From a bacterium HR30 (lineage in GTDB: Bacteria > Desulfobacterota > Binatia > HRBIN30), in the NCBI GenBank assembly GCA_002898795.1, contig BEIG01000001.1:192-64191 (forward strand): a stretch of DNA of 64,000 nucleotides, written 5' to 3'. Within the stretch, counting starts at the first letter, position 1. Every line of letters starts with the position of its first letter. The translations under genes were made by a program, and so were the position numbers. This document shows, one piece after another, positions 1-10,843 of the stretch. The notes below the pieces were generated by a model that saw only the letters and a program-made list of their open reading frames with translations, was not told where the DNA came from and made no database searches.

Positions 1-306
1 TGCCGTGAGGACGGCGACGGCACCATTCTGTTGGCAGAGCTGCGGACTTGCCGGCTCGAGCTGGAGAGCGGCGAGATTCTAAACGCTACCGGGCAACTGC
101 AGCTCGGCTTCCGCGCTGCTGGCACGTGCCCTCGACCAGTTTCCGAACCTTGTGGCCCCGTAACCATCGAACAAGCTCGCACGGTTGCCACCGTTACTGA
201 CCAACATGGGAAGGTCTTGCGTGTAATGGACCTCTCCAACTTACCAGCGCCCCGCACGATTGTCGTTCCCTGCGCAAACGGAGCCCCCGCGCAACCTCGG
301 TCATAG
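1..306 (+). CDS. C-terminal fragment of a hypothetical protein; the gene begins upstream of the window
   Basis: The open frame runs from the window edge to a stop at 304-306. No recognisable motifs. Confidence 0.3.
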   Translation, partial: CREDGDGTILLAELRTCRLELESGEILNATGQLQLGFRAAGTCPRPVSEPCGPVTIEQARTVATVTDQHGKVLRVMDLSNLPAPRTIVVPCANGAPAQPRS

Positions 307-482
307 CTGCCTACCTGGGAGCGCAGGTGTCCCTGGGAACGCAGGCATCCTCGCCTGCATCCCTACACCTCTCCACCCACGCCCCGATCTGCACGCGGGA
401 CCACCGCTGTGGTCCGCGCCCCTGTTTTCGCGTACGGGCCGTCCGCACGCCCAGCAACTTTCTCGCTTCCAGGCGTCCTCGC

Positions 483-1115
483 CTACGTCTCGGAGTGCAG
501 GCGGCGCCCGAGGTCATCCAGGAGGTGTTCCACACCTAAGCGAGCGAGTTCCTCGGCGCTGAACCAACGCGGACCGCCACGCCAAAACATCCACCAGTTC
601 AACAAGTTTGTGGCTAAGGGCTGCTGCGTCCGGTCGAATCTTCCTTGCCACAGCACCTTGCCGGATTTTACCGAAATCAAGGCTAGCCCAAACGACACAC
701 TGGCGGGTGCCTTGGCTCCGTACGGTCCACCTTGTCGTTCGACAAACCGCTCCACGGTGCCATACAAAACCGCGTCAGCCTTCACTGCCCGACCCAGGGC
801 CATGGCACGTTGCTGCAGCTCGAGGTTGCGACCCACGTTGCGCAAGGCCTCGAGCACGGTCAGATCGGGAACGAACCGAAACCGGGGTGATTCGGCAAGT
901 ACTGCATATACCTGCGCCGTCACGGTTTCCTCGGCTCCGGGTGGCAACCGGGCGGGGTCGGCGTTGTCGGCCCGATCCAAGGGGAGTACGGCGATCAATT
1001 CCACCGGTTCCTCCAAAGGAGGCCCCGTGCGCAACCAGGCGCAGCCGGCAAACACCGCTGCCCAGAAGCACAGCGCAAGTAAGCCCCCAACAACGATCGG
1101 TTTGCGTCTGTTCAT
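483..1115 (-). CDS. Hypothetical lipoprotein, directly downstream of aspS
   Basis: N-terminus MNRRKPIVVGGLLALCFWAAVFAGC carries a lipobox. No catalytic motifs. The stop lies 4 nt after the aspS stop. Confidence 0.6.
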   Translation of the reverse strand: MNRRKPIVVGGLLALCFWAAVFAGCAWLRTGPPLEEPVELIAVLPLDRADNADPARLPPGAEETVTAQVYAVLAESPRFRFVPDLTVLEALRNVGRNLELQQRAMALGRAVKADAVLYGTVERFVERQGGPYGAKAPASVSFGLALISVKSGKVLWQGRFDRTQQPLATNLLNWWMFWRGGPRWFSAEELARLGVEHLLDDLGRRLHSET

Positions 1116-1118
1116 GTT

Positions 1119-2924
1119 TCAGGTCGCCAGTTTGATGCCGAGTTCTCGCAGTTGCTTCGCATCGACTTCGCTCGGCGCATCGGTCAAAGGGCATACCGCT
1201 TTCTGGGTTTTGGGGAAGGCGATCACATCGCGTAACGATTGTGCTCCGGTCAGCAACATCACCAGGCGGTCGAAGCCCAGCGCGATGCCCCCATGGGGCG
1301 GAGCGCCGTAGCCCAAGGCATCGAGCAAGAAACCGAACTTTTGCCGGGCTTCTTCTTCGCCAATCCCAAGAAGGCGGAAAACCTTTTCTTGGATGTCCGG
1401 CCGGTGAATTCGGATGCTGCCACCACCGAGTTCCGTGCCGTTGAGCACGATGTCATAGGCCAAAGCTTTTACCCCGGCCGGATCGGCGTCGAGTCGGTCC
1501 CAATCTTCCTCCCGCGGCGAGGTGAACGGATGGTGCACAGCCACGTAACGCTTTTCCTCGTCGTCCCACTCCACCAGTGGAAAGTCCGTTATCCAGACGA
1601 ACTCCCACCGGTTCGAGGGAATCAGCTCCAGTTGGTGGGCGAGATGCAAGCGCAAGTGAGCTAACGACTCATTGACCACTTTGGGGCTATCCGCAACGAA
1701 CAGCAAGAGGTCGCCAATTTGCGCACCGCAGGCTTGCTCGATGGCAGCCTTTTCTGGTGCGGACAAGAATTTCGCGATTGGGGATTGCCAGCCATCGCTT
1801 TGCACGCGAACCCAAGCCACTCCCTTGGCGCCAAACGGGGCAACCACTTCGGGCAGGGCATCCAGTTCTCGGCGTGACAGACGTTCGCCCTGCGGCAGCC
1901 GCAACACCTTGACCATCCCGCCCGCGTCGAGCGCCGCGCGAAACACTTTGAACTCCGTCGTGCGAACTGCGGCGGACACGTCGCTCAGTTCCAAACCGAA
2001 GCGCAAATCAGGCCGATCGATGCCGTACCGGGCAATCGCCTCGTCGTACGTAAGCCGCCGAACCGTTTCTGGGAACTCCACTCCAGCCAAGGAACACGCC
2101 ACACGCAAAATGCCTTCGGTAACGCGCATGACGTCCTCCGGGCGCGCAAACGACATCTCCAAGTCAATTTGGGTAAACTCCGGTTGCCGGTCGGCTCGAA
2201 GGTCCTCGTCGCGAAAACAGCGGACGATCTGAAAATACCGATCGAACCCGGAAACCATGAACAGCTGTTTGAACAGTTGGGGCGACTGGGGCAGGGCGTA
2301 AAACTTTCCTGGGTTGACGCGGCTCGGCACGAGATAATCCCGTGCTCCCTCTGGCGTGCTTCGGGTCAGGAAAGGAGTTTCGAGTTCAATGAATCCTTCG
2401 CTGTCCAAGTAGTCGCGCACAGCTTTGGCCAACCGGTGGCGGAAGATGAACCGCCGCTGTACTTCGGGGCGGCGTAAATCGAGGTAGCGGTACTTTAGGC
2501 GCGTGGCTTCGGCGACCTCTTGTGCCCCATCGAGCGCGAACGGAAGGGGTCGGGAGCGATTGAGCACGCGCGCCTCTCGGGCCACGAGCTCCACTTCCCC
2601 AGTGGCAATGTTCAGGTTGACCGTATCGGGAGTCCGCTCGGTCAATACTCCACGCACCGCCACCACCGACTCGTTACGGAGCATCTCGGCAATGCGAAAC
2701 GCTTGGGGGCCGCGGGCTGGGTCGAACACCACCTGCACCACACCGGTTCGATCCCGCAAGTCAACGAAGACGAGCCCCCCGTGATCGCGCCGGCCGTCCA
2801 CCCAACCCATCAAGGTGAGCGTCTGGCCCGCATGTTCCCGCCGGAGCGTACCGCAGCAGTGGGAACGAACCCAATCGCCCAGTCCTTCGAGAGTCACTGA
2901 TTCGGTATGGTCTTGTTCCTGCAT
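1119..2924 (-). CDS. aspS: Aspartyl-tRNA synthetase
   Basis: Class II aaRS motifs FYALPQSPQLFKQ, FRDEDLRADRQPEFTQID and GGGSIRIH. Start taken at the internal ATG (cat at 2922-2924), giving about 600 aa. Confidence 0.95.
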   Translation of the reverse strand: MQEQDHTESVTLEGLGDWVRSHCCGTLRREHAGQTLTLMGWVDGRRDHGGLVFVDLRDRTGVVQVVFDPARGPQAFRIAEMLRNESVVAVRGVLTERTPDTVNLNIATGEVELVAREARVLNRSRPLPFALDGAQEVAEATRLKYRYLDLRRPEVQRRFIFRHRLAKAVRDYLDSEGFIELETPFLTRSTPEGARDYLVPSRVNPGKFYALPQSPQLFKQLFMVSGFDRYFQIVRCFRDEDLRADRQPEFTQIDLEMSFARPEDVMRVTEGILRVACSLAGVEFPETVRRLTYDEAIARYGIDRPDLRFGLELSDVSAAVRTTEFKVFRAALDAGGMVKVLRLPQGERLSRRELDALPEVVAPFGAKGVAWVRVQSDGWQSPIAKFLSAPEKAAIEQACGAQIGDLLLFVADSPKVVNESLAHLRLHLAHQLELIPSNRWEFVWITDFPLVEWDDEEKRYVAVHHPFTSPREEDWDRLDADPAGVKALAYDIVLNGTELGGGSIRIHRPDIQEKVFRLLGIGEEEARQKFGFLLDALGYGAPPHGGIALGFDRLVMLLTGAQSLRDVIAFPKTQKAVCPLTDAPSEVDAKQLRELGIKLAT

Positions 2925-2943
2925 CGAATCACCATCTTTTGCT

Positions 2944-4248
2944 TCACTCGTGCCGCGGGGCTTCCTCCGCAGACTCGCCAAGCGACCGTAAGTAAGCACG
3001 CACCTCCGGCACCGTCCAACGAAAACTCACAGCGCAGCGGTAGTCGCGCTTGCGCAACATATCGCGAACAGTAGCCGCCCCTGCCTCGAGTTCCGCCTCG
3101 CCAACGATGAACACAAAAGGTGCCCCGCTTTTGTCCGCTTGGCGCATTTGACTCTTCAGGCTACGGCTTGCTGAGCCCAACTCGATTTTCAAACCTTCCC
3201 GCCGCCACCGGCGGGCAACGGCCAGAGTCTGGAGCTCGGCCTCGGCATCCAGAGGGGCGACAAACGCTTCCAAAGGAGGTTCCAATTGCTCGTCGACCGC
3301 TGCGCCCAGAACCAGGAGCACCCGCTCGAGCCCCAGAGCGAACCCGATGCCCGGCACATCCGGGCCGCCCAAACTTTTCACCAAACCGTCGTAGCGCCCC
3401 CCGCCACCCACAGCGTTTTGTGCACCAAGCCCCTCTGCTTTGACCTCGAAGGCGGTGCGCACGTAGTAATCTAGACCACGCACGATGCGGGGAGCCACTT
3501 TGTAGGGTACGCTTGCGTGGTCGAGCATGTGACGTACGGCCGCAAGGTGCTCGCGACACGGTTGGCACCAAAAGCTTTCCATCGTCGGGGCAGTAGCCAT
3601 TAGCGCCGTGCAGCTCGCCACCTTGCAGTCGAGCAACCGCATAGGGTTGCGTTCGAGGCGCCGTTGGCAGTTCTCGCACAGGTGCCCGCGATGCGCTTCG
3701 CCGAAGGCGCGGATGGCCTCGCGAAATGCCGGGCGACAACGTTCGTCACCCAAGGAGTTCAACTCGATGGTGAACGAGCGCAAGCCCAATTCCACGAGAA
3801 GGTCGTGCAGCAACATCAACACTTCGGCGTCGATGGCCGGGTCGTCGCGTCCTAAGACCTCGACACCAATTTGATGAAACTGACGCAGTCGGCCTTTTTG
3901 CGGGCGCTCTCGGCGGAACATGGGCCCGAAGTAAAACAGCTTCGAGACCGGCTCCTGTTGCGCCAGTGCGTGCTCCACATAAGCCCGCACCACACCAGCA
4001 GTACCCTCGGGGCGCAAAGTGAGCGACGTACCGTCGCGGTCCACGAAGGTGTACATTTCCTTTTCCACGATGTCCGTCGTGTCGCCGATAGAACGGGTAA
4101 ACAACTCGGTCCGCTCTAGAATCGGAATTCGAACCTCGCGAAAGTGGTAACGAGCAAAAACCTCGCGGGCACGCTGCTCCACCCATGCCCAGCGCGCGGT
4201 CTCTCCCGGTAGGATGTCGTGAAACCCCTTAACGGAAGCGATTTTCAT
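2944..4248 (-). CDS. hisS: Histidyl-tRNA synthetase
   Basis: [17 protein letters not shown]-terminus and the GGGRYDGL class II motif. Start ATG at 4246-4248. Forms a hisS-aspS tandem. Confidence 0.95.
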   Translation of the reverse strand: MKIASVKGFHDILPGETARWAWVEQRAREVFARYHFREVRIPILERTELFTRSIGDTTDIVEKEMYTFVDRDGTSLTLRPEGTAGVVRAYVEHALAQQEPVSKLFYFGPMFRRERPQKGRLRQFHQIGVEVLGRDDPAIDAEVLMLLHDLLVELGLRSFTIELNSLGDERCRPAFREAIRAFGEAHRGHLCENCQRRLERNPMRLLDCKVASCTALMATAPTMESFWCQPCREHLAAVRHMLDHASVPYKVAPRIVRGLDYYVRTAFEVKAEGLGAQNAVGGGGRYDGLVKSLGGPDVPGIGFALGLERVLLVLGAAVDEQLEPPLEAFVAPLDAEAELQTLAVARRWRREGLKIELGSASRSLKSQMRQADKSGAPFVFIVGEAELEAGAATVRDMLRKRDYRCAVSFRWTVPEVRAYLRSLGESAEEAPRHE

Positions 4249-4321
4249 TTTAGGACCTTGCGCTGCAAGGTGCGGCTCGGTAACAGAGGGGTTTCTGCAA
4301 GTCAACGAACGGTCCACGCCC

Positions 4322-7300
4322 GTGGAGCACAAACGTCAGCTCACACGACGGTTTCGGCATCGCATCCCAATCGGTGCCGCGCTTCGTTGGCTCTGGATGC
4401 TTCTCCTGGTGGGGCAAGCTCCGATCACGTCGGCAGCGGGCGAAACCGTGTGCTGCCTTTGCATCTTCACCAACGAACAGAACGAGGTGTTTTCCTTTTG
4501 CGGTATGTCCGACCCGCAAGGGAACTGCGCGCCCGGGTGCGACCCTGTGACGAATGCCGACTGCGTCCAGGGCACGTGCGTGTTGTTCACGCCGACACCA
4601 AGTTTTACCCCGACTTTAACCCCGACACCCACCCTGACGCCCACTGCCACTCGCTCGCACACGCCCACGGATACACCTCTTCCCACGGCAACGCCCACGC
4701 CCACGCAAACCAACACCTCGACTCACACCCCTACCCGCACACCGACGCGCACGCCTACACCGACCAACACCTTGACCCCCACGCGCACTCTCACCCCGAC
4801 GATTACCCAAACCCCCACCATAACTCCCACACCGACAATCACCCCAACGCCAACGGCAACCCCAGGGCAATCTGACTGCTGCCAAGCGGTGCTCGTGGGG
4901 CAGCTCGTGTGTGCTGCTCCGGCCAATCACGACTGTGGGCCGGGGGTCATTGTTTACGGTGCCACATGCCTGGAGACGGGCGCTTGCGCTACCTTCACGC
5001 CCACTTTCAGCCCGACACTAACGCCCACCGTCACGCGAACACCGACGTTCACTCCTACCCCGAGCCCTACCGCCACGTTCACGCCAACGCTGGGAGGCAA
5101 CGACTGCTGCCAAATCATGTCGGGTTCGCAACTCTTTTGTGGAGTGCCTGCCGGTGCCGCCTGCCCTTCTGGGGCTACTCCGGTTTACGGTGCCCTGTGC
5201 ATAGCCGGAGCTTGCATCACCATGACCCCGACCATCACACCCACACCGACGATTACGCCAACGCCCACCAATACGCCAATCGCTTTTCCGACCTCGGGCC
5301 CCAACTGCATGGCGCTGGCACCGAACGGCCCGGCTGAGGCTCCCGCAAACTTTGCTTTCAACTGCGCGCAGAATTGGCAGTGCGTCGGCGGGCACGATGG
5401 CGACGCAACTTACGTGTACTTCAACCAAGACACGGCAGCGCTCGGCCCCAGGATCGACATGTACCAGATCGAAGACGTCGTCCCACGTACGGAACGGATC
5501 ATCTCGGTGGACGTTCACGTCGTGTCGCGGTCGCTCGCCGGCAGCCCGCGCAGCACTGCGGCCCCTTTGCTGCGGGGCGGAACGAGCACGATTTTCGAGG
5601 GTCCGGCGCGGCAACTGACTACGCAGTACGTGGACTACTCCCATCGTTTTTGCCAGCGCATCGCGCCTACGCCCGGACCGCCGCCTTGTTTGAACCCTGC
5701 CTTTGGTGCCGAGTGGACCTGGGCTGACATCAATCGCATGCAAGCGGGCGTATCGCACCAAGTCGGCAGCGGGGACACTGTCCGCACCACCAGCGTATGG
5801 GTGGAAGTTTGCTGGGAAGTGCCCACGCCAAGCCCCACACCAACGAATACACCCTCGGCAACGCCAACGGTCACATTCACGTTTACTCCTTTGCCGACGC
5901 CAACTCCTACGGAAACACCAACGCTGACGCCAACCCCCACCATTACGCCAACCCCCTCGCCCACACCGACATATACACCCACGCTAACTCCCAGTATCAC
6001 GCCCACGTTCACGTTTACCCTGACTCCGTCGCTCTCGCCGACCCCGAGCTCCACTCCTTCGGCAAGCCCATCCAATACGCCCACTTCGTCATTCACCGCC
6101 ACTTCCACGCCGTCGAGTACGCCGACGCATACCAGCACGCGATCGCCAACCCTAACCGCAACATTTTCTTCGAGCCCAACGCCAAGCTCCACGGCAACGC
6201 CAACCCCCTCGGCAACCTCGACCGCAACCCGTACACGCACCGTCGCACCCAGCCCAACACAAAGCCCCACTGCAAGCCCCACGGCCACGCAAACCCCGAT
6301 ACCGCCAAGCCCAACTGCAACCGCCACGAACACCGTAACCCCGAGTGCTACGGGCTCTCCCCCCACAGCCACGCCGACGCCCGCACCGAGAATTCCGTTC
6401 CTTTTTGGATTTGGATCCGGAGGGAATGAGTCCCCTTGTGCCTTCGGTCTCGCTAGCTCCTTGTTCTCCGAAGGCGCGAGCACTCAACCCTTGACGCAAA
6501 TCGAAACTCAGGACCCCCTGTTCCAGCGCCAGCGCTTTCAGGTGATTTACGTGGGACCCGACCTCGGTTTGGACGATTACCTGGTGTTACAACGTTTGGC
6601 TGCACCTGGTGGAGTGATCGAACGGTTCGTGGCCGACGGAGGCGTGGCGGTGATCCATGCTGGCGGCCGCTTCAACGATCAGAACAACATTGCCCCGGGC
6701 GGGGTCGGCTTCGCTCGCGTGGGCAGCCACAATGCGGAGACGATCGAGACACCGACGCACCCGTATTTCACGGGCGAAGGATTTGGTGGCGTGCCACTGA
6801 CCCAGGACGATTTTGCAAACTGGGAGAACACCGACGAAGGCATTCTGACGAATCTTCCCGCCGACGCCACCGTGCTGCTCCGGAACAGTGATGGGCCGAG
6901 CATGGCCGAATACGTTTACGGCAATGGCCGGGTGATCGTGAGTACGCTGGCCTTTTGCTGGGATGGCCGTCCGCGCTCCACCGGCGTAGCGACGACGAAC
7001 CTGCTGCGTTACGCGCCTTTCTTCCTAGGCAGCGCCCTGACTCCGGCTCCCACGGTCACACCTACCGGCAGTCCGACTCCCACGTTTACCCGCCCGGCCA
7101 CGCGCACCCCGACGCCAACGCGCACGCGTACACCAACCCGAACCCCGAGCCTGACGCCGACGGCTTCCTACCTTGTCGGAGATGCCGACAAGAATGGCGT
7201 CGTCGACGGGAACGACCTCCTCTCGCTTCTTGCCATGTTGTTCCAGGAAATTCCCGAGGTTCCGGAAGCTGACGTGAACCGCGACGGCCGACTTACCGCC

Positions 7301-7351
7301 GCCGATATTTCCGCCTTACTCGAACTTCTGGACGCAGTGGGCCGGCGTTAG
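4322..7351 (+). CDS. Large secreted modular protein (1009 aa): signal peptide, three 6-Cys modules, Thr/Pro-rich linkers, two globular domains, C-terminal type-I dockerin
   Basis: GTG start. N-terminus [23 protein letters not shown] is signal-peptide-like. TPTPT linker repeats throughout. C-terminus [18 protein letters not shown]...[21 protein letters not shown] matches the duplicated Ca-binding dockerin loops. Confidence 0.8.
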   Translation: MEHKRQLTRRFRHRIPIGAALRWLWMLLLVGQAPITSAAGETVCCLCIFTNEQNEVFSFCGMSDPQGNCAPGCDPVTNADCVQGTCVLFTPTPSFTPTLTPTPTLTPTATRSHTPTDTPLPTATPTPTQTNTSTHTPTRTPTRTPTPTNTLTPTRTLTPTITQTPTITPTPTITPTPTATPGQSDCCQAVLVGQLVCAAPANHDCGPGVIVYGATCLETGACATFTPTFSPTLTPTVTRTPTFTPTPSPTATFTPTLGGNDCCQIMSGSQLFCGVPAGAACPSGATPVYGALCIAGACITMTPTITPTPTITPTPTNTPIAFPTSGPNCMALAPNGPAEAPANFAFNCAQNWQCVGGHDGDATYVYFNQDTAALGPRIDMYQIEDVVPRTERIISVDVHVVSRSLAGSPRSTAAPLLRGGTSTIFEGPARQLTTQYVDYSHRFCQRIAPTPGPPPCLNPAFGAEWTWADINRMQAGVSHQVGSGDTVRTTSVWVEVCWEVPTPSPTPTNTPSATPTVTFTFTPLPTPTPTETPTLTPTPTITPTPSPTPTYTPTLTPSITPTFTFTLTPSLSPTPSSTPSASPSNTPTSSFTATSTPSSTPTHTSTRSPTLTATFSSSPTPSSTATPTPSATSTATRTRTVAPSPTQSPTASPTATQTPIPPSPTATATNTVTPSATGSPPTATPTPAPRIPFLFGFGSGGNESPCAFGLASSLFSEGASTQPLTQIETQDPLFQRQRFQVIYVGPDLGLDDYLVLQRLAAPGGVIERFVADGGVAVIHAGGRFNDQNNIAPGGVGFARVGSHNAETIETPTHPYFTGEGFGGVPLTQDDFANWENTDEGILTNLPADATVLLRNSDGPSMAEYVYGNGRVIVSTLAFCWDGRPRSTGVATTNLLRYAPFFLGSALTPAPTVTPTGSPTPTFTRPATRTPTPTRTRTPTRTPSLTPTASYLVGDADKNGVVDGNDLLSLLAMLFQEIPEVPEADVNRDGRLTAADISALLELLDAVGRR

Positions 7352-7382
7352 GGCTGCAGGAGAGCCGGCAACCGAGCTGCCA

Positions 7383-7814
7383 CTAGCGTGGGCGGCTGCC
7401 GCCGCCGGTGAGCGGCGCCCTCGGTTTCGGGGGCCCAGACTTTTCCACGAATTCCAGCAAGTCCCCTTCGAGCGAGCGTACTTGCTCGATGATCCTTCTC
7501 GCCAGAGGACGAAGCTCTGCTTTTTCTTCGGCCTCCGCCAGCGAGTACTGCTTGGAAGCTAATGTCCGGGTCTTCCCATCTCGTTCCTCAGCCACCTCGG
7601 TGGCTTCGAAGGTGACGACCGTGTCCCCACCAGGGCTATTCTGTACCGTGAACGTCGTAATCAGGCGCTTTTTCTGCGCCGGCGCCGGTGTGGGCGCGGG
7701 AGTAGGCTCGAAGGGGCCGAGGTCCAAAATCACGGGTGGTGGCCCGAGGCGAGGTTCCGCCACTGCAGCCACCGCCCACAGCCAAACGACAAACGAGAAG
7801 GTTTTTCCGTACAT
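7383..7814 (-). CDS. Small secreted hypothetical protein with a PTPAPTPAPA linker
   Basis: Signal peptide MYGKTFSFVVWLWAVAAVA. Convergent with the giant dockerin protein gene. Confidence 0.5.
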   Translation of the reverse strand: MYGKTFSFVVWLWAVAAVAEPRLGPPPVILDLGPFEPTPAPTPAPAQKKRLITTFTVQNSPGGDTVVTFEATEVAEERDGKTRTLASKQYSLAEAEEKAELRPLARRIIEQVRSLEGDLLEFVEKSGPPKPRAPLTGGGSRPR

Positions 7815-8031
7815 GTCCGCCTACTCCATCGCAGCGCTTGTACCAGCACGACAGCGCCGGAACAACGCACGTCCATTCGAAGCGCTCCCCGGAAGGCACA
7901 GGGTACTTACCCAACGCCCCTGGCCGCAATCTTCTTAGGCGCCCCATCATCGCGTGGATCAATCTTTGGCGCCACGCCATGATCGTCCCGCCACTTCTGG
8001 TGCCAGCGCTGGTGCGGGTGCGGCCAAGAAC

Positions 8032-8952
8032 CTAGTGCCGCCACCACCGCCTGACTTCGCGCTCCCACAAAGCAACTTCGGGAGGCAACCAGGCCACAAT
8101 CGGTTCGCGCCGGAACCACGTAAGCTGCCGCTTCGCGAAGCGGCGGGTGGCTCGCGCCATTGCAGCAATCGCTTCGTCGAGTGCTACTTCGCCCCGCACG
8201 TAAGCGCCAATTTCCCGGTATCCCAGGCTTTGCAACGCAGGAAGGTGCGCCGAGTAGCCACGATCGTAAAGGCTGCGCACTTCCTCGACGAAGCCCGCTT
8301 CGATCATCTGGTGGCAACGAAGGTCGATGCGGCGGTAAAGCTCCGCCCTCGGCAAATCGACGGCAAGCAGCACGACTTCGTAGCGCCCAGTGGCAAACCG
8401 GTGCTGAGCCTGCCACGAGCTCATGGGCTGCCCAGTCTTGTGATAAACCTCCAGGGCACGAATGAGTCGGACATAATCGTGCGGGTGCAACCGGCGCGCA
8501 CTCTGCTCGTCGACCTCTGAGAGTTGTCGATGCAAAAAGCCCGGCTCCGCACGCTCCCTGGCCATCCACTGCGCCCGCAGAACCGGATCGCGCGAAGGCC
8601 CGGGGAACAAACCACCCCGGAGCACCCGCACGTAAAGGCCCGTTCCACCCACCACCAACACGCGGCGACCACGGCCACGTACCTCCGCGATGGCCTCGTC
8701 GGCCAACTGGAGAAACCGGGCGCAGTGAAATTCCTCGTCAGGGTCCACCACGTCCACGACGTGATGGCGCACCCGTTGCCGCTCAGCCTTCGTCGGCTTT
8801 GCACTCCCGATGTCTAAACCGCGATACACCTGCCGCGAGTCGGCATTGATAATCTCCGCGCCGAACCGTTCGGCGAGTTCGAGGGCAAGCCCGGTCTTGC
8901 CCGCAGCGGTCGGGCCAACGATGGCAAGAATTGGCTCGGAAGGTGGATTCAT
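8032..8952 (-). CDS. miaA: tRNA dimethylallyltransferase
   Basis: P-loop ILAIVGPTAAGKTGLALELA with an IPPT-family body. The ATG at 8950-8952 overlaps the upstream ABC ATPase stop as ATGA. Confidence 0.9.
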   Translation of the reverse strand: MNPPSEPILAIVGPTAAGKTGLALELAERFGAEIINADSRQVYRGLDIGSAKPTKAERQRVRHHVVDVVDPDEEFHCARFLQLADEAIAEVRGRGRRVLVVGGTGLYVRVLRGGLFPGPSRDPVLRAQWMARERAEPGFLHRQLSEVDEQSARRLHPHDYVRLIRALEVYHKTGQPMSSWQAQHRFATGRYEVVLLAVDLPRAELYRRIDLRCHQMIEAGFVEEVRSLYDRGYSAHLPALQSLGYREIGAYVRGEVALDEAIAAMARATRRFAKRQLTWFRREPIVAWLPPEVALWEREVRRWWRH

Positions 8953-10016
8953 CTGCGTGTTCGGCCTGCGCTCCAAGACGGACCGTCGAGTGGTGGATCG
9001 ATCCAATGAACTGCGCTCGATTTGAAAGTAACAAACACCGACTCCCCCACCGCAAGGCCCAATTCCGCAAACGCACGTGCGGTGATGCGGGCCACGAGCT
9101 CCACACCGCAGTCCACGTGGATGAAAAAGCCCGATTCGCTCCCTTCCACCCGAGTGACCACGCCGGCCAAGCTATTGCGCGCGCTCGAGTGCAGTGGCTG
9201 CCGCGACAGGAGCAAGCTTTCGGGATCGATCGCCACGGTCGCCGGTCCTTCACCCAAGGGACGGGGCGGCACCACGATGTGCAACCGCCCGGTATCAAGC
9301 ACTAGATCCTCGCCGTGCTGGCGCAGGCGGCCGCGCACGACATTGACAAAGGGGAACGGCACCATGCGGCCACCGTCGAGGCTAATGATTTGATCCGCCA
9401 GCCGATACGCCTGGTCGAGAGCGTGGGTGGACAGCACGACCGTACGCCCTCGAGCCACCAACTCCCGCACCAACGACTCGAAAACGGGCACGAAATCCCG
9501 ATCGAGGTTGGCCGTAGGCTCATCGAACAAAAAAATCGGCGGATCGATGGCCAGCGCTCGCGCAATGGCAACCCGTTGCGCTTCGCCCCCAGAAAGCTTC
9601 CACGCCGGCCGGTGGGCGTAATGTGCTAGACCTACTCGTTCCAAAGATTCCCACACACGTGTACGATCGTACTGCCCGCGTACGCGCAGTCCGTAGGCCG
9701 CGTTCGCGAAGACACTGCGACGAAACAAGCACGGACGCTGGGCAACGTAAGTGGCTACCCGGCACAGCCGCTGCCCGTTCGTGGCAAGGGGCGCGTACGT
9801 GGTCCCGAGGCACTCGAAGTACGAGGCCACCGCAACGCGCAATCCGGCCAACACCTCGAGGAGCGAGGTTTTGCCTGCACCGTTCGGGCCCACCACTGCC
9901 GTCACCTGCGAGGCAGGAACTTCCAGTTGGTCGATCTGCAAAAGGGTGCTGGGCCCCTCGACGACGCGCAACTCCTGCAGGAAGAATGCGAGGGGCGCTG
10001 TGGTCACGGTAGCCAT
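8949..10016 (-). CDS. ABC transporter ATP-binding protein with a C-terminal TOBE/MOP domain (ModC/TupC/WtpC-like)
   Basis: Walker A GPNGAGKTS, signature LSGGEAQRVAIARAL, Walker B IFLFDEP. C-terminal SARNSLAGVVTRVE fits the TOBE motif. Confidence 0.85.
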   Translation of the reverse strand: MATVTTAPLAFFLQELRVVEGPSTLLQIDQLEVPASQVTAVVGPNGAGKTSLLEVLAGLRVAVASYFECLGTTYAPLATNGQRLCRVATYVAQRPCLFRRSVFANAAYGLRVRGQYDRTRVWESLERVGLAHYAHRPAWKLSGGEAQRVAIARALAIDPPIFLFDEPTANLDRDFVPVFESLVRELVARGRTVVLSTHALDQAYRLADQIISLDGGRMVPFPFVNVVRGRLRQHGEDLVLDTGRLHIVVPPRPLGEGPATVAIDPESLLLSRQPLHSSARNSLAGVVTRVEGSESGFFIHVDCGVELVARITARAFAELGLAVGESVFVTFKSSAVHWIDPPLDGPSWSAGRTRR

Positions 10017-10698
10017 CTCGGGCTCCACCACCAGGCCAACAGGTTAACAGCCAGCGCAAGCCCTAGCAGCAAAATGCCTAGAGCGAACGCTAAAGCGAAA
10101 TCGCCCTTGCTCGTTTCTAAGGCAATGGCCGTGGTGAGTGTCCGCGTCGAGCCCCGAATGTTGCCGCCCAGCATCAAGGCTACACCGAGCTCGGACAGGA
10201 GTCGGCCAAACGTCGTGACGGCAATCCCGACGATTCCGTAACGAAGCTCGAACAACAGCGTGAGCAGTGCTTGCGCAGGCGACGCGCCCAAAGTTCTTGC
10301 TGTCGCCTCGATACGGGGGTCTGCCTCGGCAACGAGGGAAAGCGTGAGAGCAGCCACGAGTGGGAACACCAGTGCAGCTTCGCCCAAAATCATTGCGGTA
10401 GGGGTGTAAAGCAGACCCAAAACGCCTAGCGGCCCGCTGCGGGAAAGTAACGCGTAAAAGAGCAAGCCCACCACCACGGTGGGCATGGCGGTCAGCGTCT
10501 TCACCAGCACTTCTACCAGAGTGCGGCCGGGGAAGCGGTAGCGAGCGAGTGCGAGGCCACACGGAATGCCACCGAGGCCGGCCAAAGCGGTGGCCACGAG
10601 CGAGACGTATAACGACATCCACGCGGCTTGCACGACATCCGGCTCAGCTCGCCAAAGCAAACGGAGCGCTTCACGCCATGCCTCGCTCAACGGCGTCA
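10004..10698 (-). CDS. ABC transporter permease (ModB/TupB-like)
   Basis: The N-terminus resembles ModB, and EADPRIEATARTLGASP is the EAA loop. The exact start is uncertain (GTG near 10696-10698 or ATG at 10615-10617). Its stop overlaps the ATPase start by 13 nt. Confidence 0.75.
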
Positions 10699-10843
10699 CA
10701 GTGCCAAAATGCAAGCACGGGATAGTGCGAATCACAATGCAGGCGAGCGAGGCCACGGGTTCGGCGGCCACCAAGAAGCTGCGCGAGGCGGCACGGTTCC
10801 TGTCTGGAGTAACCAAGTAGCACCGTGCTAAACGGGCGGGCGT

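Noticed and set aside
4336-4930. Minus-strand ORFs rich in VGVGV and RGR repeats
   Set aside because: They are reverse-complement shadows of the ACC/CCN Thr-Pro codon repeats of the giant protein gene.
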